Shown here: positions 33,122 through 41,967 of the stretch, piece after piece
How the letters are laid out: the number at the start of each line of letters is the position of its first letter
How positions within the stretch are numbered: the stretch's first letter is position 1
Source: Gemmatimonadota bacterium
GTDB taxonomy: Bacteria; Gemmatimonadota; Gemmatimonadetes; Gemmatimonadales; GWC2-71-9
Reading direction: 5' to 3'
DNA: 64,000 nt
Assembly: GCA_031400975.1 (NCBI GenBank)
Contig: JANNQX010000269.1
Location: forward strand, 10,687-74,686
Notes under the pieces: model-generated
What the model was told of the DNA's origin: nothing
What the model saw: the letters and a program-made list of their open reading frames with translations, nothing else
Database searches by the model: none
Position numbers and translations under genes: made by a program

Positions 33122-34425
33122 TGCGAATCCGGTGGGTCGTACTCGCGGCCGTGGCGATCGGTGCTTTCTTGGGCGGCGGTTGGTTACTTCGGCGCGGCCT
33201 GACCATGATGACGCCGAACGGCCGGGCCTCCTCAGACCCGCCCGGGTCGATGGGGTCGCCTAACCGGCTCTTTTCGGCGGTACTCGAAACGGTTCGCAGT
33301 CACGCGGTCGATTCGTTGGACGACCCGTCGATCTACGGCCTGGCGACGTCGGGTCTCCTCAGTGAATTGAAAGATCCCTACGCGACGTTCGTCTCGGCTG
33401 GCGATACCGTTGCCGATCGGATTGGAGCAACGCCGGTCCAGGGCGTCTACTTGGACCGAGTCGAAGACTTCGTCGAGGTCGTTGGCGTGGTGCCGGGTTC
33501 GCCGGCTGCGGTGGCGGGAATCCGGCCGGGCGACGCGGTGATCCGGGTTGGCCCGGCCCGGATCGAGTACCAGCGGCCGGAGGCGGTCGCGGCGATGATC
33601 GACGGCGATTCTGGAACCTCGATCAAGGTTCGACTTGCTCGTCAGGGCGGCGGCCCCCCGCTTTGGGTGACGATTGCCCGTGGTCCGGTGCCTCAATACT
33701 CGGCTCCGAGTCTGACTGTTGATGGTGGGATCTCGGTGCTCCGGGTTTACCAGATCGACGCCCCAGCCGTTGCGATGATTCGGGCAGCGGTCGATTCTGT
33801 GGCCGGGGCCGGTGTCCGCGGCGTGGTCCTGGACCTTCGCGGAGTGGTTGAGGGTTCCTTGACCGATGCGGTCGCCCTCGCGAGCAGATTTCTCGACCAA
33901 GGGCAGTTGATCGTGACCGTCCGCGGTCGGGCAGGGACCGACTCGACGCTGTTCTTGGCTCAGGGGCCTTCGCCGTCGACGGGGGAGATCGCGTTGGTCG
34001 TGTTGGTCGATCGTGGGACGGCGGGCGCCGCGGAAGTGGTGGCATCGGCGCTCCAGGATCACGATCGGGGGGCCGTCGTTGGGGAAGTCACCTTCGGCCG
34101 TGGCGGTCGACAGTCGTACTATCCGCTTCCGAATGGGTCGATTCTTCGACTTACCACCGCCTTCTGGGTGACGCCGAGCGGCCGGGTCATCCAGCGCCAA
34201 CTGCCGGCGACCGACGCCTCGACCGACAGCACGCCGCCGCGCCCCAAGTTCAAAACCGATGCGGGGCGAACCGTCCTCGGTGGCGGAGGCGTGGTTCCCG
34301 ATCGGGAGGTGACGGCGGGCGAGGAGCCGAGCCGAGTGACCGATCCAGCCATGGCGCTAGCCCGGCTGTTGTTGTCGCGGGGCAAGACGCGCCGGGCGCT
34401 GATCGCGGCACTCCCGGCCAACTGA
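33121..34425 (+). CDS. S41 (C-terminal processing peptidase)-like PDZ protein, catalytic dyad apparently substituted
   Basis: TAATG junction with tmk. TM/signal, PDZ (VVGVVPGSPAAVAGIRPGDAVIRVG) and an S41 core. The canonical motifs read DLRGVVEG (normally DLRGNGGG), GTAGAAE (normally GSASASE) and TFGRG (normally TFGKG). Confidence 0.75.
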   Translation: MRIRWVVLAAVAIGAFLGGGWLLRRGLTMMTPNGRASSDPPGSMGSPNRLFSAVLETVRSHAVDSLDDPSIYGLATSGLLSELKDPYATFVSAGDTVADRIGATPVQGVYLDRVEDFVEVVGVVPGSPAAVAGIRPGDAVIRVGPARIEYQRPEAVAAMIDGDSGTSIKVRLARQGGGPPLWVTIARGPVPQYSAPSLTVDGGISVLRVYQIDAPAVAMIRAAVDSVAGAGVRGVVLDLRGVVEGSLTDAVALASRFLDQGQLIVTVRGRAGTDSTLFLAQGPSPSTGEIALVVLVDRGTAGAAEVVASALQDHDRGAVVGEVTFGRGGRQSYYPLPNGSILRLTTAFWVTPSGRVIQRQLPATDASTDSTPPRPKFKTDAGRTVLGGGGVVPDREVTAGEEPSRVTDPAMALARLLLSRGKTRRALIAALPAN

Positions 34426-34426
34426 G

Positions 34427-35275
34427 GTGACCGGCCTCCCGGCGATCGCCATCATCGGGGCCGGGCGGCTCGGTCGGACGATCGGCGAACGGTTGGCGGC
34501 CGCTGGGGGGGTGGTTCGATTCGTCGTCCGTCGGGCCGGCCGGAATCTGCCGGCGCCCGCGTTCGGCGTCGATGATGTCGCGGCTTACCGGGGTGTTCGT
34601 TGGATACTGGTTGCCACTCCAGACGATCAAATTTGGGCCGCGGCGCGTCATCTCGCCGGATTCGGCGTGATCGGGCGCTACCACACCGTCATCCATCTCT
34701 CGGGCGCCCTCGATCGATCCGCCCTCAAACCCCTTCAGCTAACCGGGGCGGCACTCGGGTCGGTTCATCCACTGCAGAGCGTCGCCCTGCCAGCCGCCGG
34801 GGCTAACCGGCTCCGGGGCTCTTTTGCCGGGCTTGAGGGTGACCCGCGGGCGATTCGGGCCGGGCGGCGGCTCGCCATAGAGCTCGGCATGACACCCGTC
34901 GTGCTCCCTTTGGGCTCGAAGCCGGCCTATCACGCCGCCGGGACGATGGTCTCAACCTTTCTCGTCGTACTGTACCAAATGGCGGTTGACCAAGCGGAGA
35001 AGGCGGGGATCGCACCGAGGCACGCCCGGGCGATGTTTTTGCCGTTGATGGAGGGCACGGTTGAAAATCTGCGACTGTTGCCACCCCGGCATGCCATGAC
35101 CGGCGCCGTCCGGCGGGGCGATGTCGCGACGATCAAAGCCCATTTGGCGGCCCTTCCCAAAGCCGAACGCGAGCTCTACTCCTCCCTGACTCGCCGGGCG
35201 GTAGCCCTGGCTCGGACTCTGGCCACCCCGCCAGGTCGGCTCTCCGAGATCGAAGGCCTGCTGCCGGTCCGTTAG
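34427..35275 (+). CDS. Rossmann-fold / DUF2520-type putative oxidoreductase
   Basis: GTG start 2 nt after the upstream stop. N-terminal GxGxxG (IAIIGAGRLGRTIG) and a C-terminal helical domain (GPARRGD-like: MTGAVRRGDVATIKAHL). Confidence 0.6.
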   Translation: MTGLPAIAIIGAGRLGRTIGERLAAAGGVVRFVVRRAGRNLPAPAFGVDDVAAYRGVRWILVATPDDQIWAAARHLAGFGVIGRYHTVIHLSGALDRSALKPLQLTGAALGSVHPLQSVALPAAGANRLRGSFAGLEGDPRAIRAGRRLAIELGMTPVVLPLGSKPAYHAAGTMVSTFLVVLYQMAVDQAEKAGIAPRHARAMFLPLMEGTVENLRLLPPRHAMTGAVRRGDVATIKAHLAALPKAERELYSSLTRRAVALARTLATPPGRLSEIEGLLPVR

Positions 35276-35931
35276 CCGGGCGGAGCCACGATCTTTACTC
35301 CCTTGGGGACGGCGAACTGAAAAGTGCTCGGGGACACCGAAATGTTCGGTCGGAGGCGGCTCAAGATCACGATCCGCCGAGCCCCGCCACCCTCATCGAG
35401 CACAATCCGCCTCGGGAGCGCGTCGTCGACCCCAAGCCAAAGGCGGGCCTTCTTGAATGGGACGCTTTCAGTCGTCGGGACTAAATCGATGACGTCCATG
35501 CTGAGGCCTCCGGTGTTGGTGCGTTCGACATAGCTGACTCGGTACCGGTCCTGGGGCCGGTCGAGAAGCACATCGAGCAGATTCACGCCGTAGACCGGGT
35601 CATTCGGTAGCGGGGAGCGGAAGACGACGTCCGGGGAAGTGCTTGGGGTATAGGTCCAGATCGACTTGCCATCCACGACCACAGCCTCGCCGGCCGGGTC
35701 GCTGAACCGCATCGCAAACAGGTTTTTCCCCGATTGGGTGACTGTGCCCCGGCTGACGAGGGTGTCGCCTTGGGATCGGTCCTCGATGGTTTGGACGAAG
35801 TCGGCTTGGAGCGAGCCCAGGTTTCGGTAGATCCGACCGGCCCGCCCGACGATCGCCGTGGCGTCCTGGGCAAGAGCGGTCCCACCCAATCCGGCCGCCA
35901 GCAGCCCGGCCACGCCAACCACCCGGCTCAC
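35272..35931 (-). CDS. lolA: outer-membrane lipoprotein carrier protein LolA family
   Basis: Signal peptide plus LGSLQADFVQTIED...VSRGTVTQSGKNLFAMRF...VVDGKSIWTYTP, the LolA pattern. Confidence 0.8.
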   Translation of the reverse strand: MSRVVGVAGLLAAGLGGTALAQDATAIVGRAGRIYRNLGSLQADFVQTIEDRSQGDTLVSRGTVTQSGKNLFAMRFSDPAGEAVVVDGKSIWTYTPSTSPDVVFRSPLPNDPVYGVNLLDVLLDRPQDRYRVSYVERTNTGGLSMDVIDLVPTTESVPFKKARLWLGVDDALPRRIVLDEGGGARRIVILSRLRPNISVSPSTFQFAVPKGVKIVAPPG

Positions 35932-36968
35932 AGCCCAGCCTTGGCGCGCCCGGCGACCGTGCGGCCCAATACCGAAGCGATCTGACGGGTCTCGTCCATC
36001 AGCAGTTCAAATTGCTCGGGGTAGAGGGTCTGGGCCCCGTCGGAGAGCGCTTGGTCCGGGTGGACATGGACCTCAATGAGGAGGCCATCGGCACCGGCCG
36101 CCACCGCGGCCCTCGCCATTGGTCGAACCATGGCGCGCCGTCCGGTCCCATGACTGGGGTCGGCCAGAATCGGAAGATGGGAGAGCTGCTTGATGGCGGG
36201 GATGACGTTGAGGTCGAAGACGTTCCGGGCCGTGGAGTCGGTCCCGCGGATCCCGCGCTCGCAGAGAACGACGTTAGGATTTCCCTCGGCCATCAGATAC
36301 TCGGCCGACATCAGCCATTCGGTCACGGTGGCGGAGGGGCCTCGTTTGAGCAGCACCGGCTTTCCGCATCGGCCCGCTCGTTTGAGGAGGCTGAAGTTTT
36401 GCATGTTTCGGGCCCCGAGCTGAACAATGTCAGCGGTGTCGGCCACCGTGTCGAGCCCTTCGTCATCCATGGCCTCGGTCACGATGAGGAGGCCGGTCTC
36501 GGTTCGGACCTGCCGGAGCAGGTCGAGCCCCACGGTGCCGAGCCCTTGAAAGGCGTACGGCGACGTCCGAGGCTTGAAGGCCCCGGCTCGAAGGGCGACC
36601 GCGCCCGAGCGCTTGACGGCTTCGGCCGTTTCGAGAATCTGCGACTCGCTCTCGACCGAACAGGGTCCGGCGATGATGAACAACTCGGTCCCGCCGATCG
36701 AGAGCCCGTTGGGGAGCTGAATGACGGTCGGGTCGGGTCGCCAATCGCGGGCCACCATTCGATATGGCTTGGTGAGCGCGATGACCTCTTCGACACCTGG
36801 CAGAGCCAAGAAGCGGGCCCCGTCGATCCGGCCGTCATTGCCGAGGACCGCGATGGTCTTTCGGCGTAGTCCCGGAATCGCGGTGGCACCGAATCCCAGT
36901 TCCCGAACCAACGCGGTAACCCGCTCCTCGTCGGTGGCGGAGGCGTCGGCTCGCAGCAGGATCAACAT
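35928..36968 (-). CDS. 3-deoxy-7-phosphoheptulonate (DAHP) synthase, type I-beta with N-terminal regulatory domain
   Basis: IIAGPCSVESESQILETAEAVKRSGAVALRAGAFKPRTSPYAFQGLG, KRG motif (LLKRGPSATVTEW), ILADPSHGTGRR, and an N-terminal ferredoxin-like extension of about 70 aa. Confidence 0.92.
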   Translation of the reverse strand: MLILLRADASATDEERVTALVRELGFGATAIPGLRRKTIAVLGNDGRIDGARFLALPGVEEVIALTKPYRMVARDWRPDPTVIQLPNGLSIGGTELFIIAGPCSVESESQILETAEAVKRSGAVALRAGAFKPRTSPYAFQGLGTVGLDLLRQVRTETGLLIVTEAMDDEGLDTVADTADIVQLGARNMQNFSLLKRAGRCGKPVLLKRGPSATVTEWLMSAEYLMAEGNPNVVLCERGIRGTDSTARNVFDLNVIPAIKQLSHLPILADPSHGTGRRAMVRPMARAAVAAGADGLLIEVHVHPDQALSDGAQTLYPEQFELLMDETRQIASVLGRTVAGRAKAGL

Positions 36969-36974
36969 CGCCGG

Positions 36975-39900
36975 TCAGGCCGCGACTTTGTCCCGGTCGC
37001 CGAGTCGGACCCCAACGATCGTTGACACGCCCGGCTCTTGCATCGTGACCCCAAAGACCGCATCGGCGGCCTGCATGGTGCGGGGATTATGGGTAATGAC
37101 CACGAACTGGGTGGCCTCTTTGAATTCGTGCAACAAGTTCGTGAACCGGCCGACATTGGAGTCGTCGAGCGGTGCATCGACTTCGTCCATCAGACAGAAC
37201 GGGCTTGGCTTCGTCAGGTAGATGCTGAAAAGGAGGGAGACCGCGACGAGCGTCCGCTCTCCCGAACTGAGCAGATGGATCCGCTGGGTCTTCTTGCCCC
37301 TGGGCGCCGCGTGGATCTCGATCTCGGCCTCGAGCGGATCGTCCGCGTTCGAGAGCCGCAGATCACATTCACCTCCGCCGAAGAGGGTCTGGAACACCTT
37401 GTGGAAGTTGGCCTGGACCGCCGCAAAGGTGTCGAGGAACAGGGCCTTGGCGGTTCCGTCGATTTCCCGAATTGCCTGGAGCAGTGACTGGCGAGCGGCC
37501 ACCAAGTCGTCCCGCTGGGTGGTGAGAAACTCGAGGCGCTTGGTTTCTTCGGCATGCTCCTCGACGGCCAACGGATTGACCGGCCCGATGGCTTCGAGGC
37601 CTTGAACGATCCGGGACAACTCGTTCTCGAGGGTCTCGCGGTCCAGGTCGAGCAACTGGACTCGGGCCAGCAAATCGGCGACGGGCGCGCGCCATTCGGC
37701 CTCGATTCGGTCGACGATCTTGCCGCGGGCGCCGGCCACTTCTGTGAGCTCCAACTCCAACCGGTGAAACTCTTCGTTCGAGGTATCGACCTCGTCTCGG
37801 AGGGCTTGGACGGATTGTTGGGCGGTGGTCAGAACGGCGGTGGCGGCCGCCAGCGCGCCTTCCGCATCGGCGGAATTGGTTTCCAGCTCCGACAGGGCCA
37901 ATTGCCGTTCATGCCGCTGCTCTCTCCAGGCCGCGTGCTGGGCGGCGAGCCCACTAGCCTCTTCGTCGAGTTGGGCGATTTCGTGCCGGAGCGCTTCGGC
38001 CGCCTGCTCTGCCAGGGCGATAGTCTGATGGGCCCGATCGAGCCGGTCGGTCGTCGCCCGAAGACGGGCGGAAACGTGCGCCTCTTGAACCTGCCAGTGG
38101 ACCCGCCCTTCGCGAGCCGCCTCTTGTTCGACTTCCAGCGACGCGAGCGTCGACCGAGTGGTGCCCAGGGTTTCATCCTGCCGGGCCTGCGTCACCTCGC
38201 CCTCGTGGAGCGCCGCCCCCACCTCGGTCTGGCGATTGGCCGATCGAGTGATCCGTTCGTTGATCCGTCCGAGTTGGTTGTCGGCATCCTGACGTTCACG
38301 GCCCAGGGTCAGCAGCAACCGTTGAGCGTCGTCTCGGTTCACGACCGCTTGACGTTCCCGGTCGCGGGCCTGCTCGAGCACCGCTTGCGCTTCGGCCGCC
38401 ATCCGCTCGAGTGCGACCAGTTGCTCACGGGTTGCCGTGAGTCGGTCGAGGACACTTCGGAGGAGTCCATCCTGAACCTCAATCTCCTGGCCCAAGGCGA
38501 CCAGATCGGCCCGACGGCGAATCGAACCTGATGGCGCGGCCGTTCCGGTCAGAAGGACTGCGCCAGAAGCGCGTTTGAGGACCCGTCCTGACGGATGGAG
38601 GACCTCAGAGCCTTTGAGCAACGCACTGATCCACGGGCCGGCCGGGCCTTCAGCCGACAGCCGATCCGTGAGCGGATGGGCACCAGAGAGGTCGGTCTGA
38701 GGCCCCGGTTCGACCGGCAGAAGCACCAAAGCGCCCGGCTGAGCCTCCTCATACCAGGCGTGGACCTCGCTGATGGTGGTCCAATCCCGGACCAGGACCG
38801 CATGCATCCACTCGCCGAGTAGCCGCTCGGCCAACTCGGCGTCTTCACGGGAGGTATTGATGAAGTCGCTCAGGGGGCCAAGCACCGCGTCGCCAAACCG
38901 AGCCTTGACCGCAAGGAGGGCCTGAGCGGCCGGCGCCAGGCCGACTCGGTCGCGCTCCAACTCCTCAAGCGCCTGGCGCCTGGCGGTGAGTTGCGCCAGG
39001 GATTCTTCGGCCTGCCGCCGCTGATCGCGCTCGGAGGCTTCCCGTTCCCGAGTCTCGGCCACGACGTGGCGGGCCCGATCGGCGGCTGCCGTGGCGGCGA
39101 GGGTTTCCTGAGCCCGTGCGGCGGCCTCTTGATCGGCGCGTTGGGTCCGCCCTTCCACATCGGCAAAATCCTGGGCCAGGCCGGCGCAATGAGCCTCCTG
39201 TTGCGCCAGGTTCTCCCGGAGGGTCGCCAGGTCGCCGTCGAGGGCGGTCCGCTCCCCTTCGAGCGCCCGGAGGTTCTGGGCCTGGGCATGGACGGCTTCT
39301 TCGAGCCGGCGGACCTCGTCCCGATGGGTGATCAACCGACTCCGAACCTCCTCCTCGACTTGGGCCCGGCTTTGGAGGTTCTCCTGGATTTGGCCATGCT
39401 CGGTCTCCGCCAGGGATCGATCACCGGCGGCCTGATCGCGCTCGATGGCGGCCTGGTGGGTTCGGGCCGCGACTTGCTGACGCTCTTCCTCGTCCCGATC
39501 CCGGCGGGCCCGGGCGTGGGCGAGGCGCTCAGCGGCCACGGCGAGGTCACCATCGAGCTTGCCTAACGCGAGCTGGACCTGAGCCAGTTCGCGGGCCACG
39601 ATGGTCCGGTGCTCCTCGGCTCGGGTTCGGTCGGCGGCGCCGGTGTCTTGATGTTGGGTGGCCACGGCCAGCCGCTCCCGGAGTTCAGGCAAGACAGCCT
39701 TCAGGTATTCATGGCGGGCGGCCATGCCCTCCGCCCGTTCGGCCAACTCATCCAAGAGCCTCTGGGCCAAGGTAAGTTGCACCGAGAACTTCTCCTCGGT
39801 GAACTTCGCGTGCCGTTCCGCTTTGCCTTTTTGGCGGGCCAGGCTACGAATCTGCGACTGCACTTCGGCGAGGAGGTCCTCAAGCCGCTGAAGGTCGGTT

Positions 39901-40454
39901 GCGGTTTCTTCGAGCCGGCGCTCAGTGCTGTGCTTTCGATCTCGGTACAAGCCGATCCCGGCCGCCTCCTCAAACAGCGATCGACGTTCGTCCGCCCGGT
40001 CCGAGAGGAGGAGGTCGATCATCTTTGCTTCCATCACCACGCCCGCGTCGCTCCCCAGGCCGGTGCCCCGCAGCAGATCGTTGACGTCGCGGAGGCGGAC
40101 CGAACCCTTGTTGATGAAGTACTCGCTGCCGGCGGAGCGAGTCATTCGGCGGGTGATGACCACTTCGTTGTACGCGATCGGAAGATCGCCGGCGGAATTG
40201 TCCAGAAAGAGCGAAACCTCGGTGACGTTGACCGGGCGTCGATTGATCGACCCCTGAAAAATCACGTCTTCCATTTTTCCGCCCCGGAGGAGCCGGGCTG
40301 ACGTTTCGCCGAGGACCCAGCGGACCGCGTCGGCCACGTTGGATTTACCGCATCCGTTGGGGCCCACGATGGCGGAGACACCATGGTCGAATTCGAGCGT
40401 GACGGTATCGGCGAACGATTTGAAGCCGGAGAGTTCCAGCTTGAGTAATTTCAT
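36975..40454 (-). CDS. smc: chromosome segregation protein SMC
   Basis: Trimmed to ATG 40454 (MKLLKLELSGFKSFAD...IVGPNGCGKSNVADAVRWVLGE). Long coiled coils, a hinge, a C-terminal signature motif LSSGERTLVAVSLLFS and Walker B FCLMDEVDAPLD. Confidence 0.96.
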   Translation of the reverse strand: MKLLKLELSGFKSFADTVTLEFDHGVSAIVGPNGCGKSNVADAVRWVLGETSARLLRGGKMEDVIFQGSINRRPVNVTEVSLFLDNSAGDLPIAYNEVVITRRMTRSAGSEYFINKGSVRLRDVNDLLRGTGLGSDAGVVMEAKMIDLLLSDRADERRSLFEEAAGIGLYRDRKHSTERRLEETATDLQRLEDLLAEVQSQIRSLARQKGKAERHAKFTEEKFSVQLTLAQRLLDELAERAEGMAARHEYLKAVLPELRERLAVATQHQDTGAADRTRAEEHRTIVARELAQVQLALGKLDGDLAVAAERLAHARARRDRDEEERQQVAARTHQAAIERDQAAGDRSLAETEHGQIQENLQSRAQVEEEVRSRLITHRDEVRRLEEAVHAQAQNLRALEGERTALDGDLATLRENLAQQEAHCAGLAQDFADVEGRTQRADQEAAARAQETLAATAAADRARHVVAETREREASERDQRRQAEESLAQLTARRQALEELERDRVGLAPAAQALLAVKARFGDAVLGPLSDFINTSREDAELAERLLGEWMHAVLVRDWTTISEVHAWYEEAQPGALVLLPVEPGPQTDLSGAHPLTDRLSAEGPAGPWISALLKGSEVLHPSGRVLKRASGAVLLTGTAAPSGSIRRRADLVALGQEIEVQDGLLRSVLDRLTATREQLVALERMAAEAQAVLEQARDRERQAVVNRDDAQRLLLTLGRERQDADNQLGRINERITRSANRQTEVGAALHEGEVTQARQDETLGTTRSTLASLEVEQEAAREGRVHWQVQEAHVSARLRATTDRLDRAHQTIALAEQAAEALRHEIAQLDEEASGLAAQHAAWREQRHERQLALSELETNSADAEGALAAATAVLTTAQQSVQALRDEVDTSNEEFHRLELELTEVAGARGKIVDRIEAEWRAPVADLLARVQLLDLDRETLENELSRIVQGLEAIGPVNPLAVEEHAEETKRLEFLTTQRDDLVAARQSLLQAIREIDGTAKALFLDTFAAVQANFHKVFQTLFGGGECDLRLSNADDPLEAEIEIHAAPRGKKTQRIHLLSSGERTLVAVSLLFSIYLTKPSPFCLMDEVDAPLDDSNVGRFTNLLHEFKEATQFVVITHNPRTMQAADAVFGVTMQEPGVSTIVGVRLGDRDKVAA

Positions 40455-40533
40455 TTTGGTTCCGAAAATGGCAGTCGACCGAGGACGGCTGGCTCGTACT
40501 GGAGCCAAAAATAGCCGGGTGGTGGGGGTAGGG

Positions 40534-41967
40534 CTACTCCCGGATCGGCGGATTGGTCAGGACGAAGTAGGGTCGTCCGAGCTTGCGGCCGGTTTCCTCG
40601 GCTGCTTCGCGGGTACCGAACGGGCCGACGATGACGCGAAATCCTTCGTCGGTGGTGGCGGGGTCGATGACCTTGGCCGGGAACCCGGCGCTCGACAGTT
40701 GCTTGGCGAAGTCTCGCGACCACTCAGCGCTTTGCGAGCTGCTCACCTGGAGATACAGGCGGTCGGTGACGGTGGCGTCGGAATCGGAGACGACCAGCAG
40801 GCTATCCTGGGTCACGAGCGCGGACTCCGCGACGGCAGCCGCCAGCGTCTGGCGGTCCTTGGGGAGCCAGGTCGTGACAATCCAGCGGTCGGTGGCACCG
40901 CCGGGGATTCGGCCGGTTTCCCGGCTCGTCCCGCCGAGCGCCAGCGCCACGACATCGCCGTTGCGACGGGCGAGGAGCGTGGCCGCGCCCGCCACCGTGG
41001 GGAGATCGTCCGACCAGCCGGCCTCGATGGTGCCGGCAAGGCGGGTGGTGGCCAAATCAACGACCCAGACGCTGTCTCCGGTCCGCGGCCGCGCCAATAG
41101 CCATCGGCCCGAACCATCGGTTCGGATCTCAGCCGCCTCGCCGGGCAGTTTGATCGAGGCCAGCCGCTCGAGCGAGTACCGCTCGATCACGTCAATCGTC
41201 CGATCGCCGTAGGCAACGTAGATCCGGTGAGCGGACGGGCTGAAGACCATGGCGACCGGCCTTTGCTTCGTTGGGACAGACCGGGTCGAGTAGGGGGCGT
41301 CGGTTTGATACAGCGTCACGCCGTCGGACGCCGCCACGGCGACCAGTTCTCCCCAATAGGTGGCGACCGCCGGCCCGTCGACGATGACGGCGCTGTGCAG
41401 TTGCCGTTCGGGCGACAACACAACGATCCGACGGGGTTTGGCGCCGAGTACGGCGATGTATCGATCGCTGAGGGTGCCGGTCTGAAAGACCGGCGCGTGG
41501 GGGAGGGGCGTCTTGTATTGGATCGGAACCCCGCCCTGGTACCGGGCCACCCGGTTCAGAGCACCGAGCACGAACACGCTTCCGTTCGGCACCATGGATG
41601 CTGATTCCACCCCGGTCGCAAACTGGCGGAGGCCGCGGCTCTCGAGGTCGACGGCGAACAGATTGCCGGCGGTGTCGACGGCCCAAAGAAGGTGGGCTTC
41701 GGCGTTGATCCCGACCACCTCGCGGATACTCGGCGCCACGGCCCTGCTGCTCCAAATCGGATCGCCGAGGCTATCGGGATTGAAGGCTTCGACAACCCCG
41801 CCGCCCTCAGGGACCCGAATCAGGGAGGCTTGCCCGCCGACCGCCGGCAAGTCGGGCGGGGTCTCGACCTCGGCCGCGGGGCAGCCGGCCACCACCCAAA
41901 GGCCGGCAATCAGCAGGCTCCAGCGCCGGACGGTTGCTAGAATGTTGGGCCGAGGCTGATCGTCCAC
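40534..41967 (-). CDS. SPOR-domain lipoprotein with predicted beta-propeller-like body
   Basis: Lipobox LLIAGLWVVAGC. Long beta-rich middle region. C-terminal SPOR (LYLQVSSSQSAEWSRDFAKQLSSAGFPAKVIDPATTDEGFRVIVGPFGTREAAEETGRKL). The ATG lies 31 nt inside the upstream gene. Confidence 0.7.
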   Translation of the reverse strand: MDDQPRPNILATVRRWSLLIAGLWVVAGCPAAEVETPPDLPAVGGQASLIRVPEGGGVVEAFNPDSLGDPIWSSRAVAPSIREVVGINAEAHLLWAVDTAGNLFAVDLESRGLRQFATGVESASMVPNGSVFVLGALNRVARYQGGVPIQYKTPLPHAPVFQTGTLSDRYIAVLGAKPRRIVVLSPERQLHSAVIVDGPAVATYWGELVAVAASDGVTLYQTDAPYSTRSVPTKQRPVAMVFSPSAHRIYVAYGDRTIDVIERYSLERLASIKLPGEAAEIRTDGSGRWLLARPRTGDSVWVVDLATTRLAGTIEAGWSDDLPTVAGAATLLARRNGDVVALALGGTSRETGRIPGGATDRWIVTTWLPKDRQTLAAAVAESALVTQDSLLVVSDSDATVTDRLYLQVSSSQSAEWSRDFAKQLSSAGFPAKVIDPATTDEGFRVIVGPFGTREAAEETGRKLGRPYFVLTNPPIRE

